Under the pieces are notes generated by a model. That model searched no databases, was not told the DNA's origin, and was given only the letters and a program-made list of their open reading frames with translations. Shown here one piece after another: positions 9,446 through 17,754 of a stretch of DNA of 64,000 nucleotides. Both the position numbers and the translations under genes were made by a program. Every line of letters begins with the position of its first letter. Position 1 is the stretch's first letter. The stretch is from contig CDRNVI010000053.1 of NCBI GenBank assembly GCA_977017575.1, positions 496,001 to 560,000 on the forward strand, in the 5' to 3' direction. The stretch is from Paramoeba atlantica. Lineage: Eukaryota; Protista; Discosea.

Positions 9446-11008
9446 ATGTTTCAACATTGTCCGAACGTTCTTTATTTGCCCCTGCACGGTCTTACAGGGA
9501 AACCTTTTCCCGAAGCAACACGTTTTTGGCTTTTAGAAGGGAAGAAAAAAAAATACTGCAATCCGTACTGGATAACTAGAGAACATCTCGACTGGATTGG
9601 CGGTGGGCATGCCTCCATACGACCTGGGCAAGAGCCAACCGTACTTCCGACGGAAGGAAATTCCTTCTTTTATGCCTCAAGTACTTCTAAAAATCGTAAA
9701 ATAATGTTGAACGCACCTAATGTCCCTACTGGAATTGCATGGTACAATGCAGAACAAACCACAAACGCCCCTATAATTAATGAATATGTAAAATTATTTT
9801 CTCCCATATGGCACAGCGAATCTTACCAACCAGTAGATGCCTTTACCGGAGGAATTTTCCTCGGGCCTTCACGCGAACGATTACAAGTTGCAGCTGCGAG
9901 ATTTCAGGTAACGAATGAACAGTGGATAAGCAAAAAAGATCTTCCTCTAGTAGACGATGGATCTGTGAAGCCTCTTGACGATGTTCGGGGCGTATCAGTG
10001 CGCCTATGTGATACATACAAGTCATTTCCTGTTGCCGAAACCGGAACAGAAATTGGTAAAAGTGCCGATGCACTATTCTACAATGCACTGCACACGACAC
10101 AACCACACAAGTTGTATCAACACCTTAAAAAGCGACTTGCTCGTACTGTTTTATATAGGAGAATATACGGCGCGGAGATTCAACGCATTCTACAGCATTA
10201 CGCTCATCAGAAAAACTTCAAATCCCGTGATTGGATTACTTCTAAAAAGCTATATGCCGCGTACGGCGAAAGAGTTAAACTTTTACCCGGCGCTACAGGT
10301 GTTCGTCTTCCCTTGTGCTGTAATGAAGCTTTTACTGAAACAGTGGGGAAGTATTTTACTCTTTACAATGCACAGGAGACCACGGACCCCGCTTTGCTAA
10401 TCAGATGCTCGAATAGAGGCCCTATGGTTCGTCTCTCTGACGGTATGTCATTTTCTTCCGGACTTCAACTTGCATTGCACACAGAAGCGGAAAAGAGAGG
10501 GTACAAAAGTCCTGTATGGACAGATGATGAAGGTTTGGAACGAACCTTTAAGGGCCATGTCAAAATTCATTGCGGGGAGCAACCTTTCTTAGCGAGAGAA
10601 ATATTACCGTGTAGCGAAGGGCGGGGTTGTACTCAAGTCCTCTTTAACGCAGACCAAACAACAGATGCAGAAACGGTTCAAACGTTTGTGGCAAACACTA
10701 GAAAACGACATGCCACAGAGAGATCTCCAATGCGTAGTGCGTATAGAGGTACAACTTTCCCACATGCTCTACAAAGGCAATTGTACAGTTTTGCAGCCCG
10801 CCATCATCTACAATCTCGATTTTGGTTGCATCAGCATCATTTAGAACATTTCTCTCCCAAATTAGTCTTGTCAAGAAAAAATGGACCTCCTGTCGTGTTC
10901 ATTCTTCCAGGTAACAACTTCTCTAGAAACGAAAATTCGTTGATTAACGTTGATCAAATTGAGAATCGTAACGTATTGGACGAACATATTGCAAGGCTTC
11001 GTTTGTGA
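9446..11008 (+). CDS. Tc38/p38-like protein with five tandem ArdC-N (ArdC-like ssDNA-binding) domains
   Basis: Five ~95-aa repeats, each P..TG..F....L.....(GY)...W.T..., ending WYNAEQTT, FYNALHTT, LYNAQETT, LFNADQTT, LINVDQIE. This matches the ArdC N-terminal consensus (TG.PY.G.N..L...GY.SP.W.T.....FNVEQT). Confidence 0.8.
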   Translation: MFQHCPNVLYLPLHGLTGKPFPEATRFWLLEGKKKKYCNPYWITREHLDWIGGGHASIRPGQEPTVLPTEGNSFFYASSTSKNRKIMLNAPNVPTGIAWYNAEQTTNAPIINEYVKLFSPIWHSESYQPVDAFTGGIFLGPSRERLQVAAARFQVTNEQWISKKDLPLVDDGSVKPLDDVRGVSVRLCDTYKSFPVAETGTEIGKSADALFYNALHTTQPHKLYQHLKKRLARTVLYRRIYGAEIQRILQHYAHQKNFKSRDWITSKKLYAAYGERVKLLPGATGVRLPLCCNEAFTETVGKYFTLYNAQETTDPALLIRCSNRGPMVRLSDGMSFSSGLQLALHTEAEKRGYKSPVWTDDEGLERTFKGHVKIHCGEQPFLAREILPCSEGRGCTQVLFNADQTTDAETVQTFVANTRKRHATERSPMRSAYRGTTFPHALQRQLYSFAARHHLQSRFWLHQHHLEHFSPKLVLSRKNGPPVVFILPGNNFSRNENSLINVDQIENRNVLDEHIARLRL

Positions 11009-11581
11009 TATTTCGTATGGAGCAATACTTCCCAAGGAAGACAAGGTGTTGTTACTGTATCCGTTATGCCCAAAATTTATCTGCTTGTTTTGTAAAGCAG
11101 AAGATTAGGTGAGCGATTCTTATCTTAAACATGTGCACCCCCGCGACGTATCTGATTTTCTTATACAGTTATAAGGAGATCAAAGTGATCTTTTTTTTTC
11201 CAGGGTGCTTCCTCATCGTTTGCTTGCGTTTCTTTCATTGGGAATAAGTTCTTCTCTTCTGATGCGCTATACTATGTGTATATTTACACTGCTGATAAAA
11301 AAATTGCTCTCTTGCAAATCCTTACCGAAATCAAGAAATACGCAAATATATACTTTGCACATGTCTCGCATATTACTTGCCTTCTACATTTTGCCCTATT
11401 TTCTCGCTATAAACAAAGTTCAACTGAAATTGTACAACTAAAAGTCCAAAATTGAATATCTTCATTGCCGATTTTTTTAACCGAAGCCTTCGCAATTGGG
11501 AAAATGATATTGTGGAACATCTAGAATTCCTCTATTCTTAAAAGTTAAATAGGATTTCTAGCACTTTTGATAGAGAGATTA

Positions 11582-12290
11582 TTGCGGTGGTTGTATAACT
11601 ACCGCTCTACCCTCGATTAATGAAAAAAAGGCGAACAAAAACAGTGAAAATATTAAGAGAAACACAGTAATATAATAGAAGACAAAATATAAAAGGCGGC
11701 TCCGGTGGTCCAAAACTGAAAAATATGGGCCCCCCCCGGGGGGGGGGATCCAGGGGGGAGGGGCATACGTCGAGATAATTTTTTTCAATTTTTTTGCTTT
11801 TCAAAATCGAGCGTCGGGAAGTGGTAGAGTATGCCGCGGCGATGATTTTCCACCCCCCCCCACCTGGGGGTAACCCCCCCTGGTACGCGCAGGAGGGGTC
11901 CAACGTCAAAATTTCCGAAATTTTTGGGAAGACCAAAAAGACGTTTTTTTGGTCCAAAATAGGTAAAAATATTGCCTTTCCAAAATCGACTCCTAAAAGA
12001 GATTTTCTCCTAAAAGAGATTTTAAGAGTTTTGCATCTCATCTACCGTTCTACGACGTTTTTTTTGCAGATTCGCCTCCTACCCCTACTGGTAAGGCATC
12101 CAAAACGGCCTAGTTCGGCTTAAAATTTCGCAATTTTCGCCGAAAAATCGAGCTTCTACTGCCAAAAGAATGAATTATTCATGATCTTTTGGTGATTTTT
12201 CTTTTTGATGCTTTTCGTTAAATGCGGTGGTAGTTTTCAACGTGAAGCGCGCAGCATGAGTGACTCCTAAGTTGAAAACAACTACCGCGT
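11582..12290. mobile_element. Degenerate TA-flanked TIR element (MITE-like) with internal G/C homopolymer tracts
   Basis: Left end TA|TTGCGGTGGTTGTATAAC; right end reverse-complements to TA|ACGCGGTAGTTGTTTTCAAC. Each end carries a GCGGT..ACCGC hairpin (11584-11605; 12224-12288). Non-coding interior has poly-C/poly-G runs. Confidence 0.45.
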
Positions 12291-12479
12291 TAGAGTATAT
12301 AACTGTATGTAAGTGTAAGAATAATTCTTCTGTACACAGTGTTTTTCTTTTATTTTTCGCTACTGTTCACGTACAACGAATGGACAGGGACTAAGTTCTC
12401 TAAAGCTATAAATCTAATTGTCGTGTCTACCTCTGAAATATTCTATGTTGCCATATTGCAGCACATTCTCATAATCTCT

Positions 12480-12728
12480 ATGGTGCAAATAAAGAGTGGG
12501 GGAGAAGTTTTCTCTTTGAACTCTGGACGGCAGGTGGCATGGAGTGAGGTTCCATCTTGGTTCAAACGTATTATGAGGAGCGAAGAACAAATGCCAACGC
12601 CATGTTATAAAGAAAGAGATGAAGCGCAAAAATGTTTTGAAACAGACGGCTTCTGGAGCGAAATATGTGTCATGCCTTTGGAAAATTTTGATACGTGCCA
12701 GACAAGGCACACCCCAACCCATGACTAA
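12480..12728 (+). CDS. Small twin-CX9C (CHCH-type) protein, likely mitochondrial intermembrane space
   Basis: 82 aa from the ATG at 12480; CYKERDEAQKC and CVMPLENFDTC are both exact CX9C motifs. Confidence 0.75.
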   Translation: MVQIKSGGEVFSLNSGRQVAWSEVPSWFKRIMRSEEQMPTPCYKERDEAQKCFETDGFWSEICVMPLENFDTCQTRHTPTHD

Positions 12729-13018
12729 CGGAACTCTTTTCCTAAATGAAGGAGTTCGCATTTGCATAAACAAAACATTGTTCGAGACTTTATGATCGTA
12801 GTGCACACGTGTACAGGATACGCTGTATGTACATGTGTATGTATAGTATATACGCTGTACGTATACATGCAGAATATTTTATTCATGCGCTCTCAACTTT
12901 TTGTCAGTCATATAGTACGGCATTCTACAGCATTGTACGGCATACATTACAATGCATGATATACATGCTGAATGCATGACAGACAAATACTAACACTGAA
13001 AAACAACAGTACTTAGTA

Positions 13019-13164
13019 CTGTCCCCTCCCCTTAGGCGCACCCGGTTAGCCCCCCCCCGCCCCCCGCGAAGTGGCGCCAATTTATTTTTTGTGTACTGAT
13101 TCAGACCCCCCCGTTTAGCGTACGTTTTACGGAAAACGAGGTGTACTTAAAAGGGGGCGGACAG
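13019..13164. mobile_element. 146-bp deletion derivative of the CTGTCCCC-TIR family
   Basis: TA|CTGTCCCCTCCCCTTAGGCGCACC resembles the TIR at 29867. The right end CTTAAAAGGGGGCGGACAG is a degenerate inverted copy. It keeps a degenerate CGC-GAA-GTG hairpin plus T-run. Confidence 0.55.
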
Positions 13165-13371
13165 TGCTACTAAACAAATACCCTATTTATGATAGCTAGT
13201 TATTATGCCCATAGCCACGTATTGTGCCCATAGCTACAGTAGTAGTTAATGTGCCTGGGGGCACTACTGTATAACCCGGAACACGGTTTAAGGACCTACA
13301 TGCATAGTTCGGAGTGCATTTTTCGTATACAGCACTTTTCGCGTACGCAGCAGTATAAAGCAATGTACCTA

Positions 13372-14136
13372 CAGTGGTGATCAGCGTCTTTTACCCCCCC
13401 CCTACAGGGGTAAAAAACTTCTTGTATTTTGTCCAAGTTTGGAAATATTTGGTATACCACCGTTTTTCTACCCAATCGTTCCGAATCCGAGGTCCTTCTC
13501 ACTCGAGCAACCCCCTACCCCCCTAGCCAGGTAGGGGTCAAAAAAGCTAATTACAATTTTTCTGGGTATACTTTTTCGAATGTTTCGGATGAAAAACAGT
13601 AGTAAATTAAGTCAGAAGACGCGGAAAAGGAGTGTAAAGTATTCCCTAGTATTTAGTAATATGCCCTTTGGCCTCCTTGACCAAGAGTAAACGCTTACGA
13701 TCGTCCGGGAAGATATTCTGAAATAATAAAATTCTTTAGCTACGGGAAGCCTTCCTGTTGATCTTCAGAAAAATGAAACGTTTCAATGATGGACCCAGGG
13801 TTAAGTTTATAAAGTTTTGAGACTGCCTTATAGGACTTAAGTCACTCGTATTCGATCTCGGAGCGCACGCGAGAGAAAGGTGAACACAGGGGGCGGTGCT
13901 TCGTCATGAATCACCAAAAAATGTATCAATTTTGAAAAACAATTTCTAATTTTGAAAAAAGAATCGAGTTTTTTGCAGTCGTTTTTCCAGTTTAGGAATG
14001 ATACAGGTGTCCACGAGTAAAAAGGACCTCGGATTCGGAACAATTGGGTCGAAAAACAGTCCCATAGAAAACATCTCCAAAAGCGATGAAAATACAAGAC
14101 CTGTAGTGGGGGGGTAAAAGACGCTGATCACCACTG
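13372..14136 (+). mobile_element. Non-autonomous Tc1/mariner-type TIR element (MITE), family A copy 1
   Basis: TA at 13370-71 and 14137-38. 37-bp outer TIR CAGTGGTGATCAGCGTCTTTTACCCCCCC.CTACAGG with one mismatch, continuing as an imperfect inverted repeat for about 125 bp. Strand is arbitrary, used only to contrast with copy 2. Confidence 0.9.
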
Positions 14137-14241
14137 TACATGCAGCAATGTACATGTATGTGTATTGTGCACACACAACCTGCATACACTTTTAAGTTGT
14201 TTTTGGATCCTTCACTTTACTATCCTCTATTTTCAGGTGTT

Positions 14242-15990
14242 ATGGGTCGGAGATGGTTACTTATCTCAGCGCTCACGACTGGTCTTACTGGTGCCACGTA
14301 TTGGTTGCTTCGTCATAGTAGAGCTCCTCTGGGACAGCCTTTTCTTTGTCTGATCTCATTTTTAAAGCGACGTACGTTCGTTGAGGTCAATCACCCAAAA
14401 TTGGGTTTAGCATTTCGGTATTCAGCGTCCACTTGTGTACTTCGGGGTGAAATACGAATGGCCCCAGTCAGGGTTTTTGAATTTTATTTAACGCATCATG
14501 AAACTTCGCGTATTCTTATTACAGTCGAGCAATGTGGGGCCCCTCTTAGCCTTCAAGAGTACAAGACACATTCACTCAACGCAATTACTGCACAGCTGGG
14601 AAATATTGCTGTTGAGCATGAAAAAACCACCGTTTCTCTCGGTGGCCAACCAGCCATTGAATTTGAATACACACACATATCCTCACAGGGTACACCACGA
14701 AAAGTATGGTGTATCTTGGCCACTCTGGGTCACCGTGCCTATTCAGTGCACTTTAATAGTCATGGGAACGTGTATGATAAAGGTCTGACATATGCACAAG
14801 AGATGGCTCGGTCTATGTCAATATCACATGTATCGACAAGTGAAAGTTTTCAGTATTTCACAAGTGCATCTCACGGGTTAGGCATGCGAGTAGCCACGGA
14901 GTACAGCTTAGACGATACCGCCGCTGAAGAGGATACCCTTCTAGCGCGGTTTGTTACAACACGTGCTCCAGTTTCTTCCGTACAACTCATCGAGCAATCA
15001 TTTATTGAGGTCAGGTGCCATCGTGAGTCCTTCGTTGGCTCTGATGATAGCAGCATGTGGAATCATTATAGCTCAATGCTTCGCACACATGTAGAGCACA
15101 GTCTGTCCTCTTCTGAAAATTTAGAGTGGGTGACTCATGGTCCAGAAATAACGGTAGAGTATCTCTGTGACCGCGTTACACATAAAAAGTTGCAGCCTAC
15201 CTTTGCGATACACACTCTAGTGACTGAAAAGACACACATACCGGTTCAATATTTTTTCTACGATATACTTTCAACGAATCATGTGGAAGACAACGAAGAC
15301 ACGCAACCCATCAAAGTGTCACACGTCACGTTTTTCGCTGTACGGGGCAATGAATGTATGAGTTTGACGGCATGGGGACTTCGCGAACATTTTTCGTATG
15401 TATGGAATGACGCTTTGGCATGTATTCACTCTCTCACATTTACGCACTTGTTCTCTCTTCAATCTTGCATGCTTTCGTACTGTAATCCTACGTACCAGTT
15501 TGGCTTGCGAATTCCCTCGCAATTGCAAATAGTAGAGAGCGTTATCGGTGATCCTTTATTGTCACTATTGTTCAGAGAAAAATCTGACGAAGCTGGATGG
15601 AGAGGGCGATCCTTGGAGAGCAGTGGCTTTGCCGAATCATCAGCAAATTCATCTTTTGCTATGCACATTCGCGTACAAGACTTGTTTCCGACCTACGCAC
15701 AGCTTCACGAAACAGCTTCCCAATTTATAAATGAGCTACGACAAACAGAAGGTGTTGAAATAGAATCTGAAAAGCCAACGGCGCTACATGGACACATGGC
15801 CCATGAAGTATTGTACATTCAAGATGACGGTGAGGGACAAGTTCATAAAAATTGGGCAATACTTGCTATATACTGTGGACGTCAGTACATACTTCATGTA
15901 GTTGGCACCAGTACACGCTTTCGATGGTGGAAGAAAATGTGCCGTTCAGTAATACATGGGTTCCACTTCTATAATTGTGAATTATACTGA
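14242..15990 (+). CDS. N-terminally anchored protein with about three PsbP/Mog1/DcrB-like domains
   Basis: N-terminal hydrophobic segment (WLLISALTTGLTGATYWLL). Repeated units begin HPKLGLAFRY, ASHGLGMRV and NPTYQFGLRIP. First and last domains show LGGQPAIEFEY...VWCILATLGHRAYSV and LHGHMAHEVLY...NWAILAIYCGRQYIL. The track start at 14140 lies in MITE-flanking sequence. Confidence 0.6.
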   Translation: MGRRWLLISALTTGLTGATYWLLRHSRAPLGQPFLCLISFLKRRTFVEVNHPKLGLAFRYSASTCVLRGEIRMAPVRVFEFYLTHHETSRILITVEQCGAPLSLQEYKTHSLNAITAQLGNIAVEHEKTTVSLGGQPAIEFEYTHISSQGTPRKVWCILATLGHRAYSVHFNSHGNVYDKGLTYAQEMARSMSISHVSTSESFQYFTSASHGLGMRVATEYSLDDTAAEEDTLLARFVTTRAPVSSVQLIEQSFIEVRCHRESFVGSDDSSMWNHYSSMLRTHVEHSLSSSENLEWVTHGPEITVEYLCDRVTHKKLQPTFAIHTLVTEKTHIPVQYFFYDILSTNHVEDNEDTQPIKVSHVTFFAVRGNECMSLTAWGLREHFSYVWNDALACIHSLTFTHLFSLQSCMLSYCNPTYQFGLRIPSQLQIVESVIGDPLLSLLFREKSDEAGWRGRSLESSGFAESSANSSFAMHIRVQDLFPTYAQLHETASQFINELRQTEGVEIESEKPTALHGHMAHEVLYIQDDGEGQVHKNWAILAIYCGRQYILHVVGTSTRFRWWKKMCRSVIHGFHFYNCELY

Positions 15991-16446
15991 TTATACCTTT
16001 AAATTATAACTGTACACGTATGATAGAAACTTCAGTACGGAATATCCAGTCATGATGTATTCCGTTGCTGTTCTTAAAGAGTTTCTTTTGAAATATTTGT
16101 TGGTGCTTTCAATGTTTTGATTAACTGGAGTTCTGAATTACTTATGCGCTTAAGTTTCATTTGATTAGCAATTACTAGCAATGCTAGCACAGAATAGCGG
16201 ATATACGAGAGTTTTGCAGTGAAGTCTGGTTATTTTGATGAGCTAAATACACGGATACATTACAGTGAATATACAATGAAGTGATAAATATACGCTAAAG
16301 GTTATTTGCAAGCTCTTTATTCTTGTCTAACTAATAAGTCTTAATTCCTACACGCACTTCGCTTCTGCTTTTTCATGTCCTTCACAACTTAAAGAGGATT
16401 TCACGTCATACTATTTGATTGTGCCATCTTTAAAAGCGGGTTACGA

Positions 16447-17412
16447 ATGCTTGACAATCGTGAAAGGGTGGGTCGTACAAGTTTCGATTTTAGTTGCGCA
16501 TCTTTAGCCCGCAAATTTTCTCGTCGTTCATTTCGAATTACAACGGATGACGAAATCTTTATTCGAGAAATGAACATACTTCAAGGCGCACTTGGTTGCG
16601 CTGTTTGGGATGGCGCCGTAATATGCTCCCGCTGGATAGCAGCCAAAGCGCAAAATATACTTGACGGACGCGCCGTACTAGAATTGGGATGCGGCGCAGG
16701 TCTTGTCGGTATTGTAGCTTCACGTTTCGCGAACAAGACGTATTTGACAGATTATATTAGCGACGTGGTCGAAAATGCGGCCTACAATGCCAAAGTTAAT
16801 GTACCTGAAGAAACGTTATCGTCGGTTCACCTGGGTATACTGGACTGGTTTCAATATTTGAAATCTTCTTCTAAAATATTACCACACCGTTGCACAAAGG
16901 AAAAACAGCACGGTAAGTTTACGATACAGCCATACTACACCTGTGGTGCATGTTTTGGGGATGATGATTCACGTGGGGTTTGCGAACTGTGTTATGAGGC
17001 AGAGCATAAGACACATGATGGGTCTAGTTACGCCGGGATAACGTCCTTTGATTGTGACTGCCAAGAACTTCATCGATCAACTTATCTTTCAATTGAGCCT
17101 CATTCCGTAGACGTTATGCTTGGTAGTGAGCTCACCTATTCAACATTAGCCTGCGAAGCTCTAGCCGATACGGTTGAAATACTGCTCAAAGAAGAAGGCG
17201 TTTTCTACGAGGTACTTTCTTCTGATCGTGACGGGGTATCCGTCTTTTCTGACCTAATGAGGCAAAGAGGCTTTGAATGTTATAGAAAACAAGTTCCTAA
17301 CTCACTTACGGTGGATTTGGGAACGCGCAAGTGGTGCCACCAGGATAAAGAAATGTTCTACTTTTACACCTGGAAAAAGCCAAAGAGTGATTACCCCATT
17401 ATGGAAGTGTAG
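16447..17412 (+). CDS. Family-16 (METTL21/23/EEF2KMT-like) SAM-dependent protein methyltransferase with an inserted UBR-box zinc finger
   Basis: GCAVWDGA, VLELGCGAGLVG, YLTDY, LDW and DVMLGSELTY motifs. Between LDW and DVMLGSELTY lies CTKEK..FTIQPYYTCGAC..GVCELC....HKTH..SFDCDC (16891-17061). Confidence 0.88.
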   Translation: MLDNRERVGRTSFDFSCASLARKFSRRSFRITTDDEIFIREMNILQGALGCAVWDGAVICSRWIAAKAQNILDGRAVLELGCGAGLVGIVASRFANKTYLTDYISDVVENAAYNAKVNVPEETLSSVHLGILDWFQYLKSSSKILPHRCTKEKQHGKFTIQPYYTCGACFGDDDSRGVCELCYEAEHKTHDGSSYAGITSFDCDCQELHRSTYLSIEPHSVDVMLGSELTYSTLACEALADTVEILLKEEGVFYEVLSSDRDGVSVFSDLMRQRGFECYRKQVPNSLTVDLGTRKWCHQDKEMFYFYTWKKPKSDYPIMEV

Positions 17413-17754
17413 AATGTGTTATATACCGCTATACTGCCGCTTACTTTAAGTAGGGAAGATTACGAACTCTTAAGTAACTTAAGAGTGTATGCAATTTTTG
17501 TCGTAATGATTTGTGCTCGGGCGCGCGTAGTATTAAAATGCTGGATGCAATAAATTTTTTTTTTTGAATGAAGTCGATATTACTAAATCAAAATTTCTAT
17601 TTAATAATTTCTATTTAGTATTTAATAGAGATTTTTCAGTACTGTTATATTAATGTTAATGTAACGTTTTTGCGCATTACCTTTTTTGTACAGTAGTATG
17701 GAGTAGTATACTTGCATAGATGTGCTGCACAAGGAGTGAACTACATGTATATTA

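Noticed and set aside
13837-14185. Minus-strand ORFs inside MITE family A (also 22872-23337)
   Set aside because: No transposase motifs, and they are not conserved as ORFs between the two copies.
14140-14241. Track N-terminal extensions (also 5674, 9395, 12339, 23214, 35759, 45062)
   Set aside because: They translate MITE flanks or polypyrimidine tracts upstream of the likely AG acceptor; downstream ATGs fit the families better.
16051-16136. Possible box C/D snoRNA (CATGATG...TTCTGA); a similar pair at about 25103-25166
   Set aside because: Box C is imperfect, there is no terminal stem and I could not identify an rRNA target; would need snoscan or small-RNA data.
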